Assembly: GCF_000143415.4 (NCBI RefSeq)
Contig: NW_003314304.1
Location: forward strand, 130,169-194,168
Length of the DNA stretch: 64,000 nucleotides
DNA from: Selaginella moellendorffii
Lineage: Eukaryota > Plantae > Lycopodiophyta
Direction of reading: 5' to 3'
The position numbers were made by a program, and so were the translations under genes. Positions 40,628 through 52,174 of the stretch are shown here, one piece after another (positions within the stretch are counted from its first letter, which is position 1; every line of letters starts with the position of its first letter). The notes under the pieces were generated by a model. That model worked only from the letters and a program-made list of their open reading frames with translations, was not told where the DNA came from and did no database searches.

Positions 40628-42985
40628 GTGGAGAGTCGGTCGCTACTAACCTTTGGTGGAGCCGGCGATGGCGAAAGCCCAAGAGGAGCACCACATGGTG
40701 TGGCGTGATCGATTTGATTTTTCCAAAAGGCGGAAAATGGATGGGAATTTATTGACAATATACATGTTAGGTCCACCAAACATTGATCAAACATTGAAAA
40801 GAATGTAAAAAAGAGTGAAAATCTTTGTGAGCTCAATCAAATTAATTCTAGTATTGTACTTGGCGCTGATTGATGGCTATGGTTACAAACTTTTATTGGG
40901 AAGCAATCGCACGACTCGTCTCTATGATTGTAGACCTTTCTTTCGTCACGCATTGGGAGAGAGTGGCAGCAGCAACCTGACAAGAAGAAGATTGGAGCGA
41001 TTGGATGGTTCTCTAGATATATAAAAAAGGCTGGTTACCAGAGGAGGATTCGATGCGCTCGCTTGCTCGCTCGTCAACTTTGCGTGAAGAGGGCCAGGCA
41101 GAGTGTCACAGTTTTGGTGTGATTCTTCCTCCTGGCCGGGAAAGGCAAAGAAAACTCAAAAGGGGAAAGAAAAGTGTGAGCGGGCTTACAAAGTCAGCAG
41201 CATTATCCTCTCCCTGATTCCATCAGCAAAATTTGTTTGGATTCGAGACTACCTGTTCTTCGTGCGCAAGAAAAGCCGACAAGAGAAAAGAATTATAAAA
41301 CTAAGCAAGGAAATCAATCAAGCTTACCTGTTGTCCGGAGAGCTCTCTCTCTTTTTTCCTGTGATCTTTCCTCGCACAGAGTAACTGTAGCTGTCCATCA
41401 CTGCCCAGTGAATACGTCTCGCTCGCGAGCGTTGCCGATAAAAGGAACTCTTCCAAATGCGATGCAGTAACGAACGCGAAATAAGTTGGAGTGTCCAATT
41501 CTTAGCTCTTGGAGGATTGGCAGACGAACGATCAAAAGGAGACCAGCCAGCTTCTTCGTTTGGCGCGGCCTTTAACAGCTCTTGCGGGTGTCGTTTGTCG
41601 CATCCTCCCAGCCACATATTCTTCTCCTAGCTCATCCATCCGAGAGTTCTATCCAATAATGCTGGCTGGCTGAAGATGGATCGAGTGATGAATGAATGAA
41701 TGGAAGAAGAAGCTTCTTACGAAAACTATAAGAGGACGTGTGTAAGAAAAGAAGGAGAGATCAAGCGAACCTCTGGAAAATTCCAAACATGATTGATCCT
41801 TGCTGCGTTTGAGTTGGCGTGCCTATCCATCACCTCGACAAAAATTTAAGTGAGGACAACAAGGAAAGAAGAATTGACGAATAGAACGTACGGTTGAATG
41901 TCTTGAGAGTTTTGCTCCAACGATGAAAGCTGCCGCTCAACAAACAGGGAATAAAGCTGCGTGCTACGTGCTCAAATCGTCAGAGTTTGTCAGATGGGAA
42001 GAAGGTCGCGAATTCTGTTCATGCATGCCGAATGCTCTCGATAGATGCGGAATCCAAGGCTGAGAAGACGAAAGTTCGAAAGATGATCTTGTAAAAGAAT
42101 CTGTGGAAGAAGAGGTATGAGTAAATATCGAAGACCACGACAACGTACGTACGTATCACCGAAGATGGTCGATGTTTTGCCGTCGCTTTCCCAGTCAGAA
42201 GAAAGACACTGTTAAACAAACCAAAGAGAATATTTTATGCACCAATCAGTCCTGTCCTCATCACCAAACCCACGCTTGAGCATCGAAGAAGATTAAAAAA
42301 TGTCCTACAACACACACAGCAAACAAAAAACAAAGAAATGAGAATTTCGGTAGCTAACAAGACTCGAAAGCAACAACCAAAACCGACCAAAACTCACTGC
42401 TTTGGTTCTTCATCGTCAACATCTTGACTCGAAAAACAAAACTCTAGAACTTTCGAACTTGGACAAGCATCGCTAGGCCCATACCTGTGGATTCCACAAA
42501 ACCAGCTTAGACCCGGTGCTTCTCAACTTAATATCACCTTACCAATGCCAGAACTCCACCTCCCAGAGCAGCTTCATCGCCATCCCAAACTACGTTAAAG
42601 GCTTTCCTGAATCCGACAATTATCAAGTTAATCCAAGGCTTGGTCGAGTTTTTCCACTTTGTTCCACTTGCCGCAAACGTGAAGCAATTGGAATCACAGG
42701 ACTTCCAATTCTTCCATTTCCTCCTGCGAAAAAGAAACACCTCAAGTAAAGATCAAACGTTAAATCAATGGACGTACCTTCACTAGTGCGCGAAGGCTCG
42801 AGAAGTCAAGAGATTGTTTCCTGGACAAAGAAAACTGGAGAAACACAAAATACATATATAAGCCGACACGATTCACAGATATCATCTTTATACGCCTCAA
42901 AAAATGGTGTGAAGTGTTAGCATACTTAGCTACATAGAAACGCCGCATGGTCGATAAGACAGCTGAAGAGCTCACTGCTGCTTCT

Positions 42986-44770
42986 TCAGTGTCCAAAGTT
43001 GCACATCTGAACTAATTCCATGTCGTAATCCACGTACCTCGTCCAAAACTCCCGGTACTGGTTCATGGCTAGATCCAGCCACGGCTTCATATTCCCGTTG
43101 AAGTGAATCACCGCTGCGCTCCTGATCTTCTCCAAGCTGATGCTCGGGTTGTATCCCAGGCCCAGTACGTGCCACGATTTGTCCAGAGGCTTGGTCGTCT
43201 TGTAGAAGGTGATGAGACCCGGCGGCAGGGTTCCAAGCTTCCAAAGACTGCGGTTCTCATTCTGCAAAGAACAAGTTGAGTACATTCAACGACATTTTTT
43301 TTGTTACCTTGGATTGCCAGTAGTGATACTCTTCGGTGCACTTCTCTCGCCTCCAAGCATTCAAGTCGAAGAAATTCATCCCGTATGCCCAGCCACAAGC
43401 CTTGGGATTGAATCGGGACGCGATGAGAGGGTGCGAGAAGTTCATGTACTTGTCATATCTGTGGAAGGAGCCAAAGCACGTCTCCACCGCCCCATTCACC
43501 TTCCCGTCCATGTCGATCTCCCACAGCCCTGTCAGATCCTTCTGCACCACCACGTCGTCGTCGAGGAAGAGTATCCTGTCCAGCTTGGGATACATCTCCG
43601 GCAAGTAGAAGCGGAGATGGTTGAGCATCGACAGGTACTTCGGGTTGCGAAACTTCATATTGGTGGCGTCCTTGGTCGCGTTCTCCATCTTGTTCTCAAA
43701 GTAGAAGCGCTGCAAGTTGGCCGACTCGAGCTGCTTGAGCACCGGTACGTAGGACGAGTTGAGAAACTTGTAGTCCTCCACGGCCTTCACTTCGATGTGA
43801 GCTTTCTCCGGCTTTCTCATCGTAAACCACACTTTCATGGCTCCCAAGTTCATCTTATCCGTCACCACGTGAAATACGTGCTTCTCGGGCTCTCGGGCAT
43901 GCTTCACGGCCGAGTTCACCACCACCGACGCCGCGATCACGTTGTCCGAAAAGATCGCATAGTGGAACAGCGATGGATCTTCCAGCTCGGGGGCAGGCTC
44001 CGGACCATCAACGTAGCGCTCCGGATGGGAAACTCTCTCCTCCATGAGCCTCATCGTCAGGCAATGCAAGCTCTTGGGCACTGACTTGGCAGCAATGAGG
44101 CTCGCGAAAGCTCCCTGCTTCTTGGCTCTCGTGAGCTGCTCGTTCACCTGGAAGATGGTGTCCTTGAGCTTCTGGATCTTGAGCTGGTTGTCAAAGAGCT
44201 CCTTGGAATCCATCATGAGTTGCCGCGTCACCCGCAATCTCTCCCTCAAATCCCTCTCGAAGGCCCTGAGAGCTTCCGGATCCACTGCGCCACCATTGCT
44301 ATCTATCAAACCCCGGTTCTCTGGCCTCGCCAGTAACTCCGTGTAGTTCCTGGCCTGATCCGTGAAGATTCTCACCTGTCTCGCCACATCAAGCTTGCCT
44401 CGCCTCGCGTACGCGGCGTAGGCATTCACCACCGCCAGCTGATCCTTCGCTTGCTTGACAAGACTCTCCGCCCTCGCCCGGAGTGGATCTTGCCTCGATC
44501 TGAGCGCCAAGATCGTGCGCTTCATGTAGAATCGCAAATGGCTGGGGTAGGCATCGCTCGCCTCGGCGCTCACCTGGATTCCACCACAGATTTGAGCGCG
44601 CTCCCCAGATTTTGCAAGAAAACGACAGGATCACTCACCGGATACGATGCCGGGGTCTCGCCGTAGATCAGCGCCCCGGTTGTGATGAAGAGAACCACCA
44701 GCATTGTTGGAACGATCGCTCGGTAGGCCAGAGGCTTGACTCTGTTCATCCGAAGCCCCCGCCCCGCCAT
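42986..44770 (-). CDS. GAUT8: Galacturonosyltransferase, GAUT8/QUASIMODO1-like (GT8), 3 exons
   Basis: IAAKSVPKSLHCL, LEDPSLFHYAIFSDNVIAASVVVNS, MKFRNPKYLSMLNHLRFYLPE, FLDDDVVVQ and NENRSLWKLGTLPPGLITFY. Confidence 0.93.
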
Positions 44771-45055
44771 TGCAGCTCCAAGCGCTGGAATCCCACCGAG
44801 GGAAGAATCTTGCGTCGATCCAAGCTACATCGGTGCGCGAAATATCGCCTGCCGCGGCAACGCTACTCGCGGCGCCAAGCAATGCTCTTGGACGCCATAG
44901 CCGCGTAACGACGATCGACCTAGCGTTCGATACCTGGCACATAAAACATTAACTGACAAGGTCGCCAGTTCGAATACTGTAAGAAAAACATTTCCATTGC
45001 ATCCACGCCGTCCAAATCTAACAGTAGATGCCCAGAAAAGGCAATTGCTACCATG

Positions 45056-46839
45056 TCAAGGAACCTCTATTTCGCTGGCAAAGGAGCAAACATTACTAAG
45101 CAGAGAATATGCGGCAGAGTTATGGGAATCAAACTCGGTCACTCTAGATGCCACCAATGCACCTGTGCGAATATCCCCTTGCGTCTTGGAAGCTCCAAGC
45201 AATGCCGTCCATTCCACTTCCATGGGATTGTACGGAAGGCTGTCCACCAGATCCATGGCATCTTTGATCTGACCAGCCCGTCCCAGCACGTCAACCACGC
45301 AGCAAAAGTGCATTGCCGAAGCTGGGATGCCATGGTCCCAAACCATGCTGCCAAAACAGCTTCGGGCATCCTCCAGGGCACCGACGTAGCTAATCCCGGT
45401 AAGGACCGAAGCAAATGTGGTCTGGTTCGGCCTGATTCCAAGGAGGTTCGACTGACAAAGGAATCGAGATATCGGGTGCATATTCCCGGTTTGGGCATAT
45501 GCTTGTAAGAGGGCATTGCAGCACAGTACGTTTTGATATGGCATTTTGTTGAAAAGATTGATTGCTTGGTCTACATTTCCAGAATCACTCACAAGCAAGA
45601 TCAAAATCGACCAAGAGAACTCGTCGTGCTGAGGCATACTTGTGAAGACACTGAAAGATTCCTCGAGATTCTTGGTCCCGGCGTATGCGTCAAGAATAAC
45701 ATTCCACGATTGTGTGCTGCGATATGGCATTTTGTCAAAGAAGTCTTTTGCCGTTGCTAGATTCATCGCATCTCCGTAAGCTTTGAGCATGGAGTTCCAG
45801 GCCACGGTGCTGTGCTGGGGAAAATACCCAAGAATCTTCTCTGCCACGTCGACACGCCCAGCGTGGGCATATGACATCAGCAGGGTATTCCACGTCACGG
45901 AATTCCTCTCTGGCATCTTTTCAAAGAGAAACCTCGCTTTGTCAAGATACCCAGATCGGGCATATGCCGTGACAATGGATGTCCACGTCACCACAGAGTG
46001 TGCTGGCGATTTTTTTAATACCCCAAACGCTTCTTGGATCAGACCAAACTCTGCGAGAAACTGGAGCATCGCATTGACAGCAACAACGTCCCATTGGAGA
46101 ATTGACGAGATGACGCTTTGACCCCGATCAAAATCACCGACAAGAGAAAATCCAGAAATCACGGACGTGCAACTCACTGCATTGTGTGCTGGCATTCTCT
46201 CAAACAAGTTTGCTGCTTCCTCGATGAGCTCCCAATCCACGTAGCCTTGCAAAAGTGTGTTCCATGAAACTATATCTCGATGGGACGCACTCTCAAACAG
46301 ATCTCGAGCCTTATCCAGGTCGCCATTCTGCAAAAACACCCAAATCAAAGCATTGCAAGTCATCTCGGTATTGAATTTTTCAAAATCCATGAAATCAAGA
46401 ATATGCCCAGCTTGGGTATAAGCTGACACGATAGAATTCCAAGTGGCATTGTTCCAGGCAGGCATTCTAGTAAACGTGTCTAGAGCCGATTCTAAATCCT
46501 TGTATGATGCAAAAGAAGTGATTAGTGTGGTCCAAGAGTATATATTTCTTTCGCTCATTTGATCAAAAAAGGACTTTGCAGCAACAATATGCCCGTTTTG
46601 GGCATATGCAGTAAGAAAAATAGTCGACGAGAAAACATTTGGTTCTTTAATGCTGTCAAAAGCTTCTTTTGCCTCTCGCATTTGGCCGCACTTTCCGTAC
46701 ATCTCCACCAAGAGATTTGCAACGAGACGATCATTCTCGTGATGCGTTCCTCGGATTTGGTCGTGGATCTGTTTGGCCAGGACGGGATTTCGCGCATTCC
46801 CGCAAGACTTCACGAGCTGGATGCAAGTTGACACATTCA
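45056..46839 (-). CDS. PLS-class pentatricopeptide repeat protein with E domain, intronless
   Basis: ~31-35-aa repeats, LVEMYGKCG, HFCCVVDVLGRAG..WTALLGA..AAYSLLSNV. Start uncertain (46839 or 46912). Confidence 0.92.
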
Positions 46840-46939
46840 TGCTAGACAAAGTTGTCCAGAACACGAGAACACTGGTGTACGGTAGACCATCTTTCTCGAG
46901 CAGAGAATGCACGTAATCAGGCGTGCAAAGTCCAAGGCG

Positions 46940-48508
46940 ATGTTCCTCCCGGGAAGTCCGTACCAGCTAGAGCTCGAGGAGGCAGAAAAGAAGCTACGAT
47001 CGATCGAAGAGGTCACCGCTTACACCCAGATGCTCCGATCGTGTCGCGACTCGACCCAAGCGAGAGAAATCCACGCAGACATCACAAGATCCGAGCACGC
47101 CCACAACACATTCCTCGCCAATCTCACCGTGGAGATGTACGGCAAGTGCGCCGAGCTTGATCTCGCCCGCGAGGCGTTTGATCGGATTTTTCAGCCGAAT
47201 CTTTACTCCGCGACCATCATGCTCGACGCATATGCCCACAACGGGCATATGCTTCAAGCCCAGCGGATATTCGACGCCATGGAGGTTCGCAATGTGGTCG
47301 CCTGGACGGCCATGGTATCTGGATATTCTCGTTCAGGGCATCTTGCCCAAGCTAGGTGCGTGTTTGATAGAATGCCGTACAGGAATGTGGTCACGTGGAA
47401 CGCCATGTTGGCGGCATATTCGGCGGACTCGGATCTTTTCGCGATGGAGTGCTTGTACGGTGAGATTCCAGAACCCGATATTTTCACTGGAAACATTATA
47501 ATATCGGCATATGCCCAATCAGGGAATCTTGCATCTGTCGAAAAAACACTTGATACCATGAAAAAAAGGGACGTATTTACGTGGAATGGATTAATCCTTG
47601 CGTGTAGCACTTCTTGGCACATCCAGGAAGCAAAGCGGATATTCGAGCTAATGCCAAAGAGGGATCTAATATCGTATAATACCGTGCTTACGGCATATGC
47701 CCAGTTTGGGCATCTTGACGAGATTCACGAGTTGTTTGTGACGATGCCAAGCCGGGACGTTGCCACGTGGACGGCCCTGATCGCGGCGTACGGGCAGGCC
47801 GGTTACGCGAGGGACGCATCTGAAGCGTTCAATCGCATGCCTGTGCACGACATCGTCGCATCTAACGCTCTCCTTCATGCATTTGCCCAGAACGGGCATC
47901 TTGACGAGGGAGAAGCGTTCTTCAATCGCTCGAGGGATCGCAACGTCGCGACGATCAACACGATGATCTCGGCGTACGCGAGCAGGGGCCGTTTGATTCC
48001 GGCCAGGGCACTGTTCGAGGCGATGCATCATCGCGACATCGTGTCGTGGAACGCGATGATCAAGGGCAGCGCGCACAGCGGCGAGGGGCTGTGGGCGCTG
48101 GAGCTCTTCCGGGCGATGGAGCTGGAGGGATTTCGCGCGGACGAGACGACGATGGTGGGCGTGCTCATGGCGTGCGCTCGGGCGGGTCTCGTGGAAGACG
48201 CGCGGATCTACTTCGCGGCCATGGGCGAGGATCGGCGATTGCGCCGCCAGGAGGAGCACTACTGCTGTATGATCGATGCGCTGGGGCGATCCGGGCGCAC
48301 TGGCGAGGCCGAGGAGCTCATCGATTCCATGCCATTCGAGCCGCGCGGAGTGGCGTGGTCGACGCTGCTGGCCGCGAGTAGAGCTCACGGCGATGCTCGC
48401 CGGGCGGATCGAGCAACGCGATGCCTGGCGAAGCTAGAGATCGCGGATTCCAGCCCCGCGGTAATCGATCGAATCGAGGAAGTGCCACTCCCGCCCAAGA
48501 AGCTCTAG
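46940..48508 (+). CDS. PLS-class pentatricopeptide repeat protein with partial E domain, intronless
   Basis: VEMYGKC, repeated RNVV.W..M motifs, HYCCMIDALGRSG..MPFEP..VAWSTLL. Start 46907 or 46940. Confidence 0.92.
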   Translation: MFLPGSPYQLELEEAEKKLRSIEEVTAYTQMLRSCRDSTQAREIHADITRSEHAHNTFLANLTVEMYGKCAELDLAREAFDRIFQPNLYSATIMLDAYAHNGHMLQAQRIFDAMEVRNVVAWTAMVSGYSRSGHLAQARCVFDRMPYRNVVTWNAMLAAYSADSDLFAMECLYGEIPEPDIFTGNIIISAYAQSGNLASVEKTLDTMKKRDVFTWNGLILACSTSWHIQEAKRIFELMPKRDLISYNTVLTAYAQFGHLDEIHELFVTMPSRDVATWTALIAAYGQAGYARDASEAFNRMPVHDIVASNALLHAFAQNGHLDEGEAFFNRSRDRNVATINTMISAYASRGRLIPARALFEAMHHRDIVSWNAMIKGSAHSGEGLWALELFRAMELEGFRADETTMVGVLMACARAGLVEDARIYFAAMGEDRRLRRQEEHYCCMIDALGRSGRTGEAEELIDSMPFEPRGVAWSTLLAASRAHGDARRADRATRCLAKLEIADSSPAVIDRIEEVPLPPKKL

Positions 48509-48530
48509 AAGTTCTAGGGTTTATTGGCAA

Positions 48531-49138
48531 ATGGATTATAGCCTCGCGGCGCCAAAGCTCTTGGTCAGCGATCTCGCAAGGGCAAGCACGGGCGCTAGCG
48601 CGGCAAGATCTCCCATCACCACCATTGGAGCTCTTCGATTTCAGCGTGTCTGGATCCAGGTAGATCCCCGTGGATGAATCGCGATGCTAGAATCGACTTC
48701 CAGGGCGTGATTGTAGATTGGAGAGGAAATTCCTTGGCTCTCGACGATGGCAGCGCGATTGTGGAGCTACATTTCCCGGACGCCGAGGATAAGCGCTCGT
48801 CAAAACCTGGTGAGCTTGTTCTACGTGTTCTTGGAGTTTTGGATTTCTTTTTACCAGGCATGTACATGCTCATAGCCGGAGCTTACAATCCAGCAGAGAA
48901 GAAGATCACGGTAAGCTTTCTCTCTCTCTCTCTCTCGTGTAATGTGATCTATCTCCTTGAGTTTTCTCGAATCGTTTTCATCATCTCTCTCTCGATCGAT
49001 ATCGATCTAAACTTTGTCTTCCAGGTTCACAAGCTCGTGGATCTCTCCTCCTCGCCCAACGCCGAGTCCTTCTGGAGCTTCGAAGTGATCGAAGCATACC
49101 ATATGTTTTACAAAAGCCAAATGGACGAACCAACCTGA
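48531..49138 (+). CDS. RMI2: RecQ-mediated genome instability protein 2 (OB fold), 4 exons
   Basis: MDYSLAAPKLL..FQRVWIQ|GVIV..LALDDGS..G|MYMLIAG..|VHKLVDLS..ESFWSFEVIEAY matches plant RMI2. Confidence 0.88.
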
Positions 49139-49299
49139 AGAACACCAAGAAAAGAAGAAGGTGCGTTATCTTTTACAGAAGCCTGCTGGCGGATTGAAGT
49201 TATCAATCTTTCGATCTATATACTTCCGGTGATCGCTGCGAAACAGAAAGAAGACGATCAATAGAAATCAAATCAGTGAAGCAAACAAAGCTCTTACCT

Positions 49300-50865
49300 T
49301 TAGTGATCGTATAAACCCGTGCTCTTCTTGCGTGCTCGCTCCGCGTGTGATGTTGCTGTAATCGCGCACTCCACTATGCCCGCGCATTCGGCCACTTCTT
49401 CTTCGTCTTCTCCATCTTCCTTTTCATCTTGTGCTTCGTCTGGAAGATCTTTGAGCTTTGTGGAGTGAGGGGAATGGAGGTTGCCGCGAACTTGGCAGGC
49501 CTTCATCGTCTTGCAGTGCTCCCATTCGTCTTCTCGGATGTTGACAAAGACGTCATAGAGATTATCTGGATAAGGATTTTCCGCGGTGATTAGCGATAGA
49601 AAAACCAAAGTGGTAGACTTGATAAGTACCGACTCTTGGCCGTCGTGTTTCGGGAAGCCTGTCTGTTTGGAACTCGTCTGGGAACAGGACGCGATTTTTA
49701 GAGATCTGGACAGTTTTGAGACTTTGTCTACTTACCAAACATGTAAAGGTCGCCTTTCGTGTAGTAATCCACGGCAACCTGTGGAGCGGGAAGCTTCTTT
49801 AGCTCCTCTGCGCAAACGAAAGATAGCATTGGGATTGTTTTGGAAAACTGTGAAGCTCGCTTTTCTTGACAGTACCTCCATGGGCCTTGATGAACTTGTC
49901 GTAAGTTGAGAACGCGTGTTTCTCCACGCATTCGGAGAAGTGATCTGCCAGGATGCAAGTCAGTTCTAGCTAAAAATTCCTGTCTAGATTCTTACATGCC
50001 ATGCGTGGACTGATGGTGTACATAAGCGAAGTGAGGAAGTAGTAAGCTACGGCGATGTGTTGAGCGAGGAAGCGATCAAACCATCGCTCATCTCCACCCA
50101 AAGCCTGGATGAATCTCAAAGAAAGAATCGTGATTTTAAGCAAAACTAAAACGCGAGAAAAGATCTTACCTCCATGACGAGTAAGTGATGAAGCTCATTC
50201 CAGCTCTCAGCGAAATGTACTTTGAGATAGTCTGCTCGTCTCCACCACCCGAAACTCTCATACATGTGAAGAACAGACACAAAAGCTAGGAAACTTATCA
50301 TCAGAAAGAGAGGGAAAAAAGCCACGAAAAAAAAAATACCGAAGTAAGGAACTCTTGCGATTGTTTCGAGAACGTAAAATCTTGCGTAGTCCCGGTCAGC
50401 ATACAGTCGATCTAAGATTGCTATTACAAAATCCTGAAGAAAAGGAACGATCGATCACTAGAAGAAAAAAATCGGGACATCGGAGGAGTTTTCGTACCGT
50501 AGCGAACAGATTGAAACCTTGCTCCACCCGAATGATCCACGACTCGGGCTTGTCGGAGCTAGATGGGCTCGAGCTGCTCGCCAATCGAGCTTCTTCCTGT
50601 TGTTCTTCATTCCCGGGCAAAGATTCTGGCTCCTGCGATGCTGGCGCTGGCGAATTTGGCTTCTCTGTCAGCAATGTTGCCGAAATTCTTGCCGATTTCC
50701 TGCGATTGAGCGTGAGAGAGGGAAATATTACACCGAAGAACACAACCTCTTGCCGGCGATGAGCAAGGGAGAACTTCCCCGAGCTGGACGAAGCTGCGAG
50801 ACACCGGGAGAAGATCGTCCCAGCGCGAATGTGGCGCTCGACGCAGCGGCGGCAGTGGCGGCCAT
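49300..50865 (-). CDS. PTOX: Plastid terminal oxidase (IMMUTANS), multi-exon
   Basis: RDYARFYVLETIARVPYF, HFAESWNELHHLLVME, FSECVEKHA and NLYDVFVNIREDEWEHCKTMKACQ (di-iron ExxH motifs); transit peptide MAATAAAASS. Confidence 0.95.
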
Positions 50866-50934
50866 GCGACGAAGAGAACAAACTTGATCTTCCAAGAAGG
50901 AATATGCAAAGATATTATTTTTAGGGTTCTAGCT

Positions 50935-52081
50935 ATGGACAAGACAATGGCGAGAGCCAAGCATGCGAGCTCTCGGCGGGGGCGACGCCGATTCTCGAGG
51001 GGCGTTCCCGGCGAATCGCAGCCTCTGGTGAGTCCGAGCGCCTGGGTTGGGTACGAGGATGTTCTTCCGCTGGAAGGAATCGTCGATGACGACGAGCAAG
51101 GGACGAAATCTAGGAGCCAGGGGCTGGATTACGCGGAGCTTCTAGCACAGGATCCAGTGATCGGCACTGGAGACTTCTCAGGAGGTAGCAAAGAAAATAT
51201 TTCTTTGTAGCTCGCTGCAAGACTGGGTTGTGTTTCTTTCCAGTGTTTTCTCGTGGATTGGATCCTTTCGAGGACGCATTCGCGGACCTCTACGCGTTCG
51301 ACGATCCGGAAACCAGCACGGTATTCTTTTCCTTTCTAGTTTGATTGAAGAGACCATTGCTCGTCCAGGCTCCGTTTCTTTCTTTGGATTTAGAGCTGCT
51401 TGGCCAGCGCCTTGCCAAAGTGAGCTTGAAAAAAAGGCTCTTTCTCGACGATGAGACGCTACCTTCCGAGCTGGTATTTGCTTCTTTTCTTTTTCTTAGT
51501 GTTTGATCTGACCGCCATTCTTGTAGCTCGTCTCGGATGAAGAGGACACGAGTCCTAGAGACGGTGGTGACGTTCAAGAACAGGGAGCTACTTCTTCGCG
51601 GATTGACAAAGTCGATTCTCGGACAATGGATTTTCAACGGGAGAACGTAGAAGGTACGAGAACTGAGGTCGAGGACGTCAAGAAATGGCTCGACACCGCA
51701 TTGCAAGATCCCGAGAACGGCAAAGCCTTGTCGTTCAAAGACACGGTCACAGAGCAATCTTTTGTCCCGCAACGAGATGAAAGAGAGGCCGAACTGGATG
51801 CGCTGCTCGACTTGCTGGACAACGTCGCCATAGAAGATAAAGAAGATGGTGTCAAGCTTGGCAACGTCAGTGGTGGCGGCCTAGATTTTCAGCTGGTTGG
51901 GGATGAGCAAAGCTCCACTTTCATGTCGCAGAAAGATCTCGAGACTTTGTTGTGGTCTCCGCCAGAGGATGCGAAGCCCCATCCCTCCACCAGCGTGTCA
52001 CCTTTGGAGACGGAAAAGCGTGGGGTGACACCACCAGCTTTGGAAGAAGATTTCGACGCTTGGCTCGACTCGTTCGACTAA
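50935..52081 (+). CDS. Uncharacterised acidic protein, multi-exon
   Basis: GC3-rich exons with GT-AG junctions; ends EEDFDAWLDSFD*. No family recognised. Confidence 0.6.
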
Positions 52082-52174
52082 GACGAGGTAGAATTTATCA
52101 CTTTCATGTTCTCTAGTATGTTAACTTCACTGTACAGGAAAGCTGATGTACACTTCGCGTTTCTTTTCGTCTTT

